Assembly (NCBI GenBank): GCA_028281075.1
Contig: JANQKO010000373.1
Location: 1 to 34,441, forward strand
Reading direction: 5' to 3'
From: Alphaproteobacteria bacterium
GTDB lineage: Bacteria > Pseudomonadota > Alphaproteobacteria > GCA-2731375
DNA: 34,441 nucleotides
Every line of letters begins with the position of its first letter. Positions within the stretch are counted from its first letter, which is position 1. Both the position numbers and the translations under genes were made by a program. Below are positions 15,769 through 25,197 of this stretch, piece by piece. The notes under the pieces are model-generated. The model was not told the DNA's origin. It saw only the letters and a list, made by a program, of their open reading frames with translations, and ran no database searches.

Positions 15769-17715
15769 CTATCCGACCGACGCCGCGCGGGTCGCGTCGA
15801 CGGGTGCCGGCGCGTCGACGCCATGCACCTGCCGCAGGAACGATTCAAACATCAATACGCTCCACAGCGCGGCGCTGTGGTCGCGGCGGCCGGCGATGTG
15901 CTGGTCCGCCAGCGACGACAGCACATCCATGTCGAAGATGCCGGTCTCCCGCAACGCCGGGCTGGCGGTGGCGGCGCGCAGCCGTTGGCGCAGCGGGCCG
16001 CGGAACCATTTCGCCAATGGCACCGAGAAGCCCATCTTCGGCCGGTAAAGAATGTCGGCGCTGACATAGGGCTCCAACGCCCGCTTGAACAGGTATTTCC
16101 CGCTCCGCCCGTTCAGCTTCAGCGCCGGCGGCAACGTCGCGGTCCACTCGACGAACGCGTGGTCGAGAAGCGGCGCCCGCGTTTCCAGCGAGTTCGCCAT
16201 GCTGGCCCGATCGACCTTGACCAGGATGCCGCCGGCGAGCCAGGTGCCGACATCGGCATGCTGCGCCTGCAGCAGGGGAATGTCGGAATCGGCCGACCGA
16301 AACGCCGCTTCCAGCAGCTCGACGGCGTGATAGCCGCCGAGCTCGCGCTTGAAGCCATCGCTGTAGAGGTCCGCGCGCATCTGATCGTTAAGCTTGGAGA
16401 CGCTGGCGAAGTACCCGGCGACCGTATCGAGCGCCAGTTCCTGGAAGGTCGATTTCGCCCGCAGCCGGCGCGGCGCCCAGTCGAGCTTGGGATAGGCCCG
16501 GCCGAGCAGGCCGAACAGCGCCCGCCGCGGCCCGGCGGGCATCGCCCGGCGCACCCGCTCCTCGGCCACATGCCAGGGATAGCGCCGATAGCCGGCCAGA
16601 AACTCGTCGCCCCCGTCGCCCGACAGCGCCACCGTCACCCGTTCGCGGGCGATGGCGCTGACGCGATAGGTCGGGATCGCGGAACTGTCGCCGAACGGCT
16701 CGTCATAGATCGTGGCCAGCCGATCGACGAGGTCGAACTCGTCGGCGTCGACCTGACGGACGAAATGGCGCGTGCCGTAGCGCTCGGCATGGGCCGCGGC
16801 ATAGGCCGACTCGTCGAACGCGCGCTGCTTGAACGAGATGGAAAAGGTATTGACCGGATCCGGCGACAGGCCGGACATCAGCGCGACGACGGCGCTGGAG
16901 TCAACGCCGCCGGAGAGGAACGCCCCGATCGGGACGTCGGATATCCGGCGGATGTCGACGGCTTCGCGCAGACGGTCGATCAGCTCGGCGCCCAGCGCCG
17001 CCTCGTCGCCTCCGGCCGCGGCGTCGAAGCGCACCCGCCAATAGGTCCTGGGCGCGGGCAGGCCGGCGCCGGTGCCGCGCCGCAGGCAGAGCGTGCTCGC
17101 CGGCGGCAGCTTGTGGACGCCGCGATAGATCACCTTGGGGTCGGGCACGTAGCCGTAGGCGAAATAGTCCTCGACGGCGCTGGCGTCGATCTCGCGCGGC
17201 AGGTTCGCGTGCACGAGCAGCGACTTCAGCTCGGACCCGAACGCGAACAGGCCGTCGGGCAGCAGGGTATAGTAGAGCGGCTTCTTGCCGAGACGGTCGC
17301 GGGCCAGGAACAGGGCCTGCGCCCTCTCGTCCCAGAGGGCGAAGGCGAACATGCCCCGCAGCCGCTCGACGCAGGCCTCGCCCCACTCCTCCCAGGCATG
17401 CACGATGGTCTCGGTGTCCGATCGCGTGCTGAACCGATGCCCGCGCGCCTCCAGCTCGGCCATCAGGGCCGGGAAGTTGTAGATCTCGCCGTTGAAGACG
17501 ACGGCGACGCTGCCGTCCTCGTTGTAGATCGGCTGGTCGCCGCTGACCAGGTCGATGATCGCCAACCGCCGGTGCCCGAGGCCGATGCCGGGGGCAAGGT
17601 GGTAGCCGTCGCCGTCGGGACCGCGGTGGGCGATGCTGTCGGTCATCCGCCGCAGCAGCGCGTGATCGATCCGGGATCGGTCGCGGGTGTCGAAAATTCC
17701 GCTTATGCCGCACAT
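15769..17715 (-). CDS. XrtA/PEP-CTERM system amidotransferase (asparagine synthase B-like, TIGR03108-like)
   Basis: MCGI (Ntn Cys), HRGPD, GHRRLAIIDL, NGEIYN, ARDRLGKKPLYY, FLSGGVDSS, LSGDGGDE, VDRASMANSLE and RPKMGF. Confidence 0.95.
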   Translation of the reverse strand: MCGISGIFDTRDRSRIDHALLRRMTDSIAHRGPDGDGYHLAPGIGLGHRRLAIIDLVSGDQPIYNEDGSVAVVFNGEIYNFPALMAELEARGHRFSTRSDTETIVHAWEEWGEACVERLRGMFAFALWDERAQALFLARDRLGKKPLYYTLLPDGLFAFGSELKSLLVHANLPREIDASAVEDYFAYGYVPDPKVIYRGVHKLPPASTLCLRRGTGAGLPAPRTYWRVRFDAAAGGDEAALGAELIDRLREAVDIRRISDVPIGAFLSGGVDSSAVVALMSGLSPDPVNTFSISFKQRAFDESAYAAAHAERYGTRHFVRQVDADEFDLVDRLATIYDEPFGDSSAIPTYRVSAIARERVTVALSGDGGDEFLAGYRRYPWHVAEERVRRAMPAGPRRALFGLLGRAYPKLDWAPRRLRAKSTFQELALDTVAGYFASVSKLNDQMRADLYSDGFKRELGGYHAVELLEAAFRSADSDIPLLQAQHADVGTWLAGGILVKVDRASMANSLETRAPLLDHAFVEWTATLPPALKLNGRSGKYLFKRALEPYVSADILYRPKMGFSVPLAKWFRGPLRQRLRAATASPALRETGIFDMDVLSSLADQHIAGRRDHSAALWSVLMFESFLRQVHGVDAPAPVDATRAASVG

Positions 17716-17761
17716 GCGCTCATCATCCCCGGACAGGCCGGACCGGCGGGGTCGGCGCCCC

Positions 17762-19330
17762 TCAGTCGAAGCGCGCCGCCGCGCGCAGGACCGGCGTCAG
17801 CGGCCCGATCCCCCGCAACAGCGCGTCCATCGCGGCCAGCGCGTCGGCCTCGTCGACCTCGTACTCGGCCGAGACGGCGACGACGGCGGCCGGCCGCCGG
17901 CCCGACAGCAGCTCGGCCCGTGCCTGCAGCAACTTCGCCTCCAGTCCGCTCGCCGTGAAGGTATCATCGATCCAGTAGCGCGAGACGACAAGGCGTTTGC
18001 GCCGGTGCGACAGGACCTGGGTCAGGATCACCTGCTGCCGCTCGCCGGCCAGCTCGACCTGCGCGCGCCGATGGCCGGCGCGTTTCCAGGTGTCATCGTC
18101 GTAGAACCGGTTGTCGTGCGAGATGACCTCGGCATTGACGCGCTGGCGCCCGTAGAACGCCACGAACAGATCGACCTCGCCGGCGCCGCCGCGATAGACC
18201 TGATGCATGATGGCATCGGCGCCGGGAAAGCGCGGCCGCCAGTCGCCGGCCGCGCCGGCCGCGCGCCAGTCGCCGCCGGCCGCCGGCGGGGTCAGCACCG
18301 CGAGGTCGATGGCCGGTTCCAGCGACCGGATGTAGCCGGCATAGGCCGGCGCGACGGAAATGGCGGCGGCGATCAGCACGGCGGTGGTCACCGCGCCGAA
18401 ACGTCCGATGCCGCCCCCCGCCGCCGGCGGCGCCGCGCCGACATCGTCGTCGCCGGGGCCGTCCTCGCGGAACTGCATGCCGATGACGATCAGCAGCACG
18501 ATGACCAGCGAGAAGAACAGCCAGCCATAGACCAGATGATCGACGCCGACCGCGAGCTGATGGTCGCTGAGATGCGCGATCATGATCAGGCCGAAAGCCC
18601 GGAAGCCATTGGCGATGATCGGCACGACCACCGACAGGACCACGAACGTCGCCCGGCGGCGGTTACTGCGGTAGGTCATGTTGGCGAACAGGAAACCGAA
18701 GGCGAGCGAGGCCACCAGGAAGCGCAGGCCGGCGCAGGCTTCCGCGACCACGAAATTGCCGCTGGGGATCGAGATGAAGATGCCGTCCTTGAACACCGGA
18801 ATGCCGATCAACTGCAGCGCCAGCACCGCGAACTCGGCGGTGAAGTCCTGCAGCGCCGGCACCATGAACTCACCGCTCGGCACCAGGAAGAAGAGATAGA
18901 GAAAGGGGAACAGCAGGGCCTTGTAGACCCGCCAGCCGAACATGCTGAACAACACGATCTGGATCATGCCGAGCAACACGAAATGCTGGGCTTCCTGAAT
19001 GCTGGCGACCTCGGCGACCATGCCGACGAGCCCCGCCGGCGGCAGCAGCAGCAGCGGCCAGAGCATCGGCCGCGGCCAGATCCGCGCGAACAGGGCGCGC
19101 CGCTCCCAGATCAGGTAGAGCGTGATCGGCAGGATCAGATAGCAGTGCGTGTAGGTCGGCGACGAGTTCCAGACCCGCACGGCGCTGACCACCTCGTCCG
19201 CGTGCAGGCCGAGCAGGAACAGCAGCACCACGAGCGTCGCCGCGCCGGCCTTCCACCAGGCCGCCCGCAGCGACGCGCCGGCGTCCGCCGCCGTCGGCGC
19301 CGCCGGATCGTTCACCGCCTTGATGCTCAA
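17762..19330 (-). CDS. xrtA: Exosortase A (EpsH domain fused to C-terminal EpsI domain)
   Basis: Multi-TM protein with catalytic Cys-Arg-His motifs VAEACAGLRFL, IANGFRA and VDHLVYGW. Periplasmic EpsI-like C-terminus (WRPRF.GAD, VDLFVAFY, YWIDD, AKLLQA). Confidence 0.95.
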   Translation of the reverse strand: MSIKAVNDPAAPTAADAGASLRAAWWKAGAATLVVLLFLLGLHADEVVSAVRVWNSSPTYTHCYLILPITLYLIWERRALFARIWPRPMLWPLLLLPPAGLVGMVAEVASIQEAQHFVLLGMIQIVLFSMFGWRVYKALLFPFLYLFFLVPSGEFMVPALQDFTAEFAVLALQLIGIPVFKDGIFISIPSGNFVVAEACAGLRFLVASLAFGFLFANMTYRSNRRRATFVVLSVVVPIIANGFRAFGLIMIAHLSDHQLAVGVDHLVYGWLFFSLVIVLLIVIGMQFREDGPGDDDVGAAPPAAGGGIGRFGAVTTAVLIAAAISVAPAYAGYIRSLEPAIDLAVLTPPAAGGDWRAAGAAGDWRPRFPGADAIMHQVYRGGAGEVDLFVAFYGRQRVNAEVISHDNRFYDDDTWKRAGHRRAQVELAGERQQVILTQVLSHRRKRLVVSRYWIDDTFTASGLEAKLLQARAELLSGRRPAAVVAVSAEYEVDEADALAAMDALLRGIGPLTPVLRAAARFD

Positions 19331-19386
19331 ACCCGCTCTCCTGACCGACAGGAACCCGATACTACCAAACCACGTTTTCCGCGCCT

Positions 19387-20583
19387 TTAACGCGCCAGAA
19401 GATCCCGCACCTTTTCGAAGCTCGTCCGCCAGCTATAGGAACCGAGCACGCGGTTCCTGGCCCGGCCGCCCAGGTCCGGATGCCCGCCGGCGAGGATGTC
19501 AAGCACGGTATCGGCGTATTCATCCGGATCCTCCGCAATCAGCAGATCGCGTCCCGGCACCGCGTCCAGGCCTTCCACGGCCATCGGACTGGCAACCACC
19601 GGTCTTGCCATCGCCATGCCTTCCAGCACCTTGTTCTGCACGCCGCGCGCCACCTGCAAAGGGGCGACCACGGCCCCGGCATGGGCTATGTATGGCCTAA
19701 CGTCCGCGACCCTGCCAGTGACCGTGATCACCGTCCGCGCGTCGAGGGCCTGGACCCGCCGGTCGGGATTGGCGCCGACGATAAACAGCACGGCGTTGGG
19801 CAGCCGCGCGGTGATCCGGGGCAGGACCCGCTCGGCGAACCAGATCACGGCATCGACATTGGGCCAGTAATCCATGGCGCCGGTGAAGACCAGCGGCAGG
19901 ACGCCGGCCGGATACGGATCGGCATGGCCGATCGAGGGATCGAAGAACGCGCAATCGACGCCATTGCCGACGACATGCACCCGGTCCGCGGTCGCCGGCG
20001 ACCGCGACCGGAACAGCGCCGCCTCGGCCTCGGAGACGAACAGCGTGGCGTCGAACGCCGCCGAGGCCCGACGCTCGAACTCGGCCAGCGTGCGGGCTTC
20101 CCGGCCATAGACCCAGCGGCCGGGGCCGGACTTCGCCGCCGCGTACTGGCGCCATTTGTCGGAATCGACGTCGACCATATCGACGACGCGCCGGGCGCCG
20201 TCCCAGCGCGGCCCCATCACGTAGCCGGCGACACCGGACGAAAAGACGAAGACCTTGTCCGGCTTCAGCCGGGCGGCCAGGTCGTCGAGCCAGGCGGCGA
20301 GGCGGCGGTCCCGGAAATACCGGCAGGTCAGCGGTTCCCGGCCGGCCAGCGCCGGCAGGCTGCGCAGCCTGGCGGCCAGCGGCCGCAAGGGCCGCAGCAG
20401 GCAGGAGGCGCAGCGGTCGCGCAGAACCCGCTCGTACTGCCAGTCGGCGGGGTCGTCGACGAAACTCGCCAGATGCACGCGGTACTCCTCGGCCAGACGC
20501 GACAAAAGGTTCCAAGAGCGGACCTTGTCGCCCTTGTTCGGTGGGTATGGGATGCGCTGGGAGACGAAGACCAGGTCCTGCAA
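19387..20583 (-). CDS. PEP-CTERM/XrtA system GT4 sugar transferase (TIGR03087-like)
   Basis: RIPYPPNKGDKVRS, DMVDVDSDKWRQYA, NGVD, VFTGAMDYWPNVDA and ARGVQNKVLEGMAM. TTG start after AGGA. Confidence 0.93.
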   Translation of the reverse strand: MQDLVFVSQRIPYPPNKGDKVRSWNLLSRLAEEYRVHLASFVDDPADWQYERVLRDRCASCLLRPLRPLAARLRSLPALAGREPLTCRYFRDRRLAAWLDDLAARLKPDKVFVFSSGVAGYVMGPRWDGARRVVDMVDVDSDKWRQYAAAKSGPGRWVYGREARTLAEFERRASAAFDATLFVSEAEAALFRSRSPATADRVHVVGNGVDCAFFDPSIGHADPYPAGVLPLVFTGAMDYWPNVDAVIWFAERVLPRITARLPNAVLFIVGANPDRRVQALDARTVITVTGRVADVRPYIAHAGAVVAPLQVARGVQNKVLEGMAMARPVVASPMAVEGLDAVPGRDLLIAEDPDEYADTVLDILAGGHPDLGGRARNRVLGSYSWRTSFEKVRDLLAR

Positions 20584-20587
20584 CGCA

Positions 20588-21628
20588 TCATCCTAGGTTA
20601 CGAACGATGAACGGACCGAAAGCGTTCGCGACCGGCAGCGGCAGGCGCTTCCAAAGCGCGATAAAGAGCCGGTATTTGGGGTTCAGCGGGTTCACGTCGG
20701 GAATCGCGCCACCGTTGCGCAGGTTGAACTCGTAATGCAGCGGCTCGGGCGCGAAGCCCCAATTCTTCTTGAACGAAAACGACCCCGTGCCGGCCTTGCT
20801 GCGGCCGAAGTCGAACAGCCGGCAGCCGCGCGCCATGGCCCGCTCCATGACCCGCCAATACATGAAGTCGTTGGCGCCGTAGCGGCGGGCCTCGACGGTA
20901 CCGCCGCCATAGTAGGGCAGCACCTCGTCGCGGAAGAAGAAGCTCATGACCGCGGCGACCGGCCGGCCGTCGGGGCCGGTGACGGTCAGGACCTCGCAGT
21001 CCCGGCCGAACTCGTCCCGCAGGAGGCGGAAATACCGTTTCGAGAAGACCGGGGTGCCGAGGTTACGCACGCTGGTGGCATAGACATGGTGAAAGCGGTC
21101 GACATCGTCGTCGAGCGTATCGCCGAGCTGGCCGGCCTTCAGCGCCTTGCGGACGACGGCGCGCTGCTTGCGCGGGATCGCCTTCAGGTTCGCGTCGGAC
21201 GACGGCTCGATCGGCCGCCGGAAGGTAACGTAGAGGCCGTCCTTGCAGGGCCAGTCGGCGCGGCCGCGCTCGCGGCAGCGATACTCGACGAAATCGGCGC
21301 CGACCCGGTGCATCAGGTCGACGGCATAGCCGTCGAGCGCGGCGGCCGCGGTCGGATCGCTGACGGCCGGTCCGCCATAGACGCCGAAGGCGTTCGAAAT
21401 CAGGCCGTTCGAAAAGATTCGGCTGTGCACGTGCACCAGCGGCAGGACGCCGCAGATCTCGCCGGCCCGCTCGGCATAGGCGAAATGGCAGCGATGGCCG
21501 AAGGCCCGCTCGATCACCCGCCGCCAGCCGGCGCGATGGAAGAAGGTCGCCGACGGTGTCGCGGCGACGAACGCGTCCCAGCGCGCGGCGCCGGCATCGT
21601 CCAGTCCATGTACGGTGACGGCCGACAT
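20588..21628 (-). CDS. FemAB-like XrtA/PEP-CTERM system protein (TIGR03019-like)
   Basis: WDAFV...ATFFHRAGW, GVLPL, IPRKQRAVVRK, SVRNLGTPVF, PYYGG, FDFGRSK, FKKNWG and NPLNPKY. Start set at ATG 21628 (MSAVTV). Confidence 0.93.
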   Translation of the reverse strand: MSAVTVHGLDDAGAARWDAFVAATPSATFFHRAGWRRVIERAFGHRCHFAYAERAGEICGVLPLVHVHSRIFSNGLISNAFGVYGGPAVSDPTAAAALDGYAVDLMHRVGADFVEYRCRERGRADWPCKDGLYVTFRRPIEPSSDANLKAIPRKQRAVVRKALKAGQLGDTLDDDVDRFHHVYATSVRNLGTPVFSKRYFRLLRDEFGRDCEVLTVTGPDGRPVAAVMSFFFRDEVLPYYGGGTVEARRYGANDFMYWRVMERAMARGCRLFDFGRSKAGTGSFSFKKNWGFAPEPLHYEFNLRNGGAIPDVNPLNPKYRLFIALWKRLPLPVANAFGPFIVRNLG

Positions 21629-21636
21629 GCCGGCGC

Positions 21637-22593
21637 TCACCCGGTCCCGGTGGCGCCGATCCGGTACACCTGGTCCATGCGTCCCCAGGCGAAGTCCGTC
21701 AGCAGACGGCGCAGACGGCCCTGCATCCGGCCGAGGCCGGTATAGTGCCGCACCCGGGTCCGGACCGAGATCCCGGTCTGGCGCGGCTGTTCGGGATCGA
21801 CCTCCCAGGGGTGGAAATAGAAGATCCCCGGCTGCCGGTCGGCCCGGTTCACGCGCCGCATCTGCCAGCGCGACAGGCGATAGGGCAGCAGCCGGAAGTA
21901 GCCGCCGCCGCTGCACGGCAGGTTCCGGCCGAACAGGCGGACGGTGGTCATCGGGATCTCGCGGGTGCCGCCGTCGCCCGAGGGATAGAACGGAAACCGC
22001 GGCGCGTCCGGCATGCCGTAGAAATCGTGGCGCACCGGATAGATGCTGGAGCTGTAGGCGTAGCCCTCCTCGGCCAGCACGTCATAGGCCCACATGTTGT
22101 CGCCGCCGATCGAGAAGGTGGCGGCGCGATAGCCGTTGACCGGAACGCCGCCGGTATCCTCGAGCAGCCGCTTGGTGCGCCGGATGTCGGCACGGAATGC
22201 GTCCGGCGTCTGCGTGTCGGCGCGGATATGGGCGTATCCGTGGCTGGCGAGCTCGTGTCCGCCGGCGACGATGCGGCTGATCAGCGCCGGATAGCGCTCG
22301 GCCACCCAGCCCAGCGTGAAGAACGTGCCCCGCACGTCCGCGTCCGCGAAGATCCGCAGCACCCGGTCGGTGTTGCGCTCGACCCGGCAATCGAGGGTGT
22401 CCCAGTCGTCGCGGCTGATGCGGTCGGCGAAGGCCTGAACCTGGAAGTAATCCTCGACGTCAACTGTCAGCGCGTTCGTAATCGGCGAACGTCCGGCGTC
22501 CGCGGCTTCGGCGCCGACGCCGGCGCGCGGCGAGGCGGCTGTGCCGGCGTTGGGGTCGGGCGCTGCCCTCGCCTTCAACTGCGGCTGAGACAT
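21637..22593 (-). CDS. XrtA system polysaccharide deacetylase (TIGR03006-like)
   Basis: NALTVDVEDYFQV, GTFFTLGWVAE, GHELASHG..H, GYRAATFS, YSSSIYP..HD.YG, GGGYFRL and FYFHPWEVDP. GGAAGGAG RBS. Confidence 0.94.
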   Translation of the reverse strand: MSQPQLKARAAPDPNAGTAASPRAGVGAEAADAGRSPITNALTVDVEDYFQVQAFADRISRDDWDTLDCRVERNTDRVLRIFADADVRGTFFTLGWVAERYPALISRIVAGGHELASHGYAHIRADTQTPDAFRADIRRTKRLLEDTGGVPVNGYRAATFSIGGDNMWAYDVLAEEGYAYSSSIYPVRHDFYGMPDAPRFPFYPSGDGGTREIPMTTVRLFGRNLPCSGGGYFRLLPYRLSRWQMRRVNRADRQPGIFYFHPWEVDPEQPRQTGISVRTRVRHYTGLGRMQGRLRRLLTDFAWGRMDQVYRIGATGTG

Positions 22594-23644
22594 CCTCCGT
22601 CGCTCCTTCCATTTGCTGCACCAGAACCCGCAGCACGCGGCTCATGGTCCGCTCGTTCAGCTTGACATGATCCTCGACCGCGCCGAGGCGCTTGATGACC
22701 TCGTCATATCCGGACGGGGTTCCGGCGGGCGCGGTATCCGCCGGCACCACCGCCGCCGTGTCGTCGGCCGCCGCGGCCGGCGCCACGCCCGACGTTCCAG
22801 CCGGCGCCGAGGGCTCGGAGACCATCACCTGGCGGGTCTCCGCGGCATGCTCGGCCGCCACGCGCGTGACCACCTCCCCATCGATCTTGTGCAGTTCCTC
22901 CAGGAAACCATACAGCAGCAACCGTGAACACAGCATGTTGATCAGGCGCGGCACGCCCTTGGTGTAGTCGAATACCTGCCGGAATGCCTCGTCGGTGAAT
23001 TCCGGATCGCGGTTCCAGCCCGCCATGTGCAGACGATGCTCGACATAGTGCCGGGTCTCGTCCAGCGACAGCGGGCCGAGGTGGTACGACGCCGTCACCC
23101 GCTGACGCAACTGCTCGAGCTCGGGCATGGCCAGCGTCGTGCGGAACTGCGGCTGGCCGAGCAGGAAGCACTGCAGCGGCGTGCGCGCGCCGACCTGGAA
23201 GTTCGACAGCATGCGCAGTTCCTCGAGCGCGCCGGCGGTCAGGTTCTGGGCCTCGTCGACCAGCAGCAGGGCGCGTTTACCGGTCTCGTGGAGGCTGGTC
23301 AGAAAGGCCTCGATCTTGCGCAGGAGCGTGGCCTTGTCGACATTCTCGGTCGGAATGTCGAAGGCGGAGGCCACCATCCGCAACATCTCGTCGGCATTGA
23401 GCTGCGTGCTGACAATGTTGAGGGCGAGATAGTGCTGCTTGTCGAGCGTGGCCAGCAGATGGCCGACCAGGGTGGTCTTGCCGGCGCCGATCTCGCCGGT
23501 GATGATGATGAAGCCCTCGCCCTGGCTCAAGCCATAGGTCAGGTGCGCCATGGCGCTGTTATGCACGCTGCTGGCGAAGAAAAAACTTGGGTCCGGCGTT
23601 AGCTGGAACGGCAACGCCTGCAGCCGATAGAATTCGGTATACAT
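22460..23644 (-). CDS. XrtA/PEP-CTERM system-associated AAA ATPase (ExeA-like, TIGR03015-like)
   Basis: MY..FY.L...PFQLTPDP, Walker A GEIGAGKTT, Walker B LLLVDEAQNL, LEELRMLSN, LLGQPQF, QLRQR and GVPRLIN. The C-terminal tail overlaps the next gene by 134 nt. Confidence 0.93.
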   Translation of the reverse strand: MYTEFYRLQALPFQLTPDPSFFFASSVHNSAMAHLTYGLSQGEGFIIITGEIGAGKTTLVGHLLATLDKQHYLALNIVSTQLNADEMLRMVASAFDIPTENVDKATLLRKIEAFLTSLHETGKRALLLVDEAQNLTAGALEELRMLSNFQVGARTPLQCFLLGQPQFRTTLAMPELEQLRQRVTASYHLGPLSLDETRHYVEHRLHMAGWNRDPEFTDEAFRQVFDYTKGVPRLINMLCSRLLLYGFLEELHKIDGEVVTRVAAEHAAETRQVMVSEPSAPAGTSGVAPAAAADDTAAVVPADTAPAGTPSGYDEVIKRLGAVEDHVKLNERTMSRVLRVLVQQMEGATEDVSAAVEGEGSARPQRRHSRLAARRRRRRSRGRRTFADYERADS

Positions 23645-23656
23645 AGCGGGCTGAAA

Positions 23657-25180
23657 CTAAAAGGTTTTTACCAGCCGCACCGAAGCAACGTTCTCGGTCA
23701 GATCGGGTTCGTTGGCATCCGTGTCGCGCCGCAGGTGACTTACCCGAAAGCTTGCCCGAACCGTCCGGCCGACGTTGTAGCCGAGCGAAGCGTTGAAGCG
23801 GAACGTGCTGGTATCGTCATTCGCATCGTCCTCCGCGTCGGTAAAACTTGCGTTAAGCGCCAGATTCAAGTCCGGTCGGAGATCCCGGTTGAAGTTGACC
23901 GACCCGCTGATGACGGTCTGTTCGCGGGCCGCCGGCTCGGTCGTGCGCTTGGTGTGGGCGAGCCGCATGCCGTAGCGGTTGCGGCCGCGGCTGCCGGACA
24001 GCGACGCCGTGAAGGTCTCGTTCCGCAGTACCGTGTCCTGGTCGCTGAGATCGAAATCGGAGTCGACCACGTCGATCGGCAGGCCCGTGCGGGTGTCGAT
24101 GAAGTTGCCGTCCTCGTCCTGGCCGATGAACAGGAAGGCGTTGTCGGCGGCGGACTGCTCGATATCGACGGTGATGTTGTAGGAGGCGTTCGCCCGCAGC
24201 GTTGGCGAAAACTCGTAGCTGCCGCTGCCGCTGTAGAAATCGTCGTCGTACCGGCGCCCGTATTCGAAGCTGAGGTCGGTGCGCGGTCCCGGGCGGAGAC
24301 GGGCGCCGACGGTCCAGATCTCGCCGAACAGGTCGTCGTCGTCCACCGAGCTGTCGTTCAGGTCTTCGTAGCCGGCGCTGCCGATCACGGAAATCATGCG
24401 GTTGACCGCGTATTCGGCGCGCGCCTGGCCGGACTTGGTGGCGAAATTGTTGTCGCTGTCGCCGCGGGCGGAGCGCCGGTAGCTGGCCTGCACCGACCAG
24501 GAGAGCTGGGTGAAGTCGGCGCCGCTGCTGAAGACCTGGGAGACCCGGTTCGTCTTGGTGTCCGACGGCGCGGTGTTGCCGTCGGAATCGTCGTTGAGCG
24601 GATCGAACACGGTCTCGCTGTAGGTGTAGCGCGTCGACGACCGCGCGAAGCCGCCGAAGTTGAAGACGTAGAGCGGGCTGACGCGGAAATTGAACACCTC
24701 GGTCTGGTTGTCGCCCAGATTCCGGTCGACGCTGGAAATCGCGCCGGTGCGGTTGTCGACGACCCGATTGAACGAGGTCTGGGCGTCGACGAACAGGTGC
24801 TCGCGGATCAGTTCGGTATTCGCCGAGCCGAGCAGCCGATGCGTCCGGCTGCTCAGTTCCGTCTCCTCCAGATACTCCTCGTAGCTGAGCGTGTAGTCGA
24901 GGTTCAGCGACAGCCGCGCGCCGGTGCCGCGGATGCTGACGCCGGACGAGCCGGAATGGATGGCGTCGGCCTCCTTGCGGCCGGCGACGCCCTGGACATT
25001 GTCGGTATAAATGGTTTCGGACTGCGCCCGCGGCGTGATCCGCCAGTCACCGGCATGCGCGGAAGAAATCGGAAAAAGAACCAAAGCCGGGCCGACGAAT
25101 GCAAATATCTGCCGCCGAATGACGGAACGACCCAGCATTGCCAAATGACACCCGACCGATAGATTAACGCGCAACTTCAC
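23657..25180 (-). CDS. PEP-CTERM system outer-membrane beta-barrel protein (TIGR03016-like)
   Basis: Signal peptide (SSAHA|GDWRITP), ETIYTDNV, alternating beta-strand pattern, YGRRY and C-terminal Phe (VRLVKTF). True start may be slightly downstream of 25180. Confidence 0.88.
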   Translation of the reverse strand: MKLRVNLSVGCHLAMLGRSVIRRQIFAFVGPALVLFPISSAHAGDWRITPRAQSETIYTDNVQGVAGRKEADAIHSGSSGVSIRGTGARLSLNLDYTLSYEEYLEETELSSRTHRLLGSANTELIREHLFVDAQTSFNRVVDNRTGAISSVDRNLGDNQTEVFNFRVSPLYVFNFGGFARSSTRYTYSETVFDPLNDDSDGNTAPSDTKTNRVSQVFSSGADFTQLSWSVQASYRRSARGDSDNNFATKSGQARAEYAVNRMISVIGSAGYEDLNDSSVDDDDLFGEIWTVGARLRPGPRTDLSFEYGRRYDDDFYSGSGSYEFSPTLRANASYNITVDIEQSAADNAFLFIGQDEDGNFIDTRTGLPIDVVDSDFDLSDQDTVLRNETFTASLSGSRGRNRYGMRLAHTKRTTEPAAREQTVISGSVNFNRDLRPDLNLALNASFTDAEDDANDDTSTFRFNASLGYNVGRTVRASFRVSHLRRDTDANEPDLTENVASVRLVKTF

Positions 25181-25197
25181 TCAGCAGCCGCGGGAAG

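Noticed and set aside
15571-17958. Long plus-strand ORFs antisense to real genes (795 aa here; also 1693-3201, 7513-8871, 9260-10810, 11868-13892, 17687-19390, 23735-25162, 25983-27908 and others)
   Set aside because: Shadow ORFs typical of high-GC DNA. They mirror well-supported opposite-strand genes and show no family motifs.
21629-21916. N-terminal 96-codon extension of the FemAB-like ORF
   Set aside because: Lies inside the deacetylase CDS in another frame. Family similarity begins at MSAVTV (21628).
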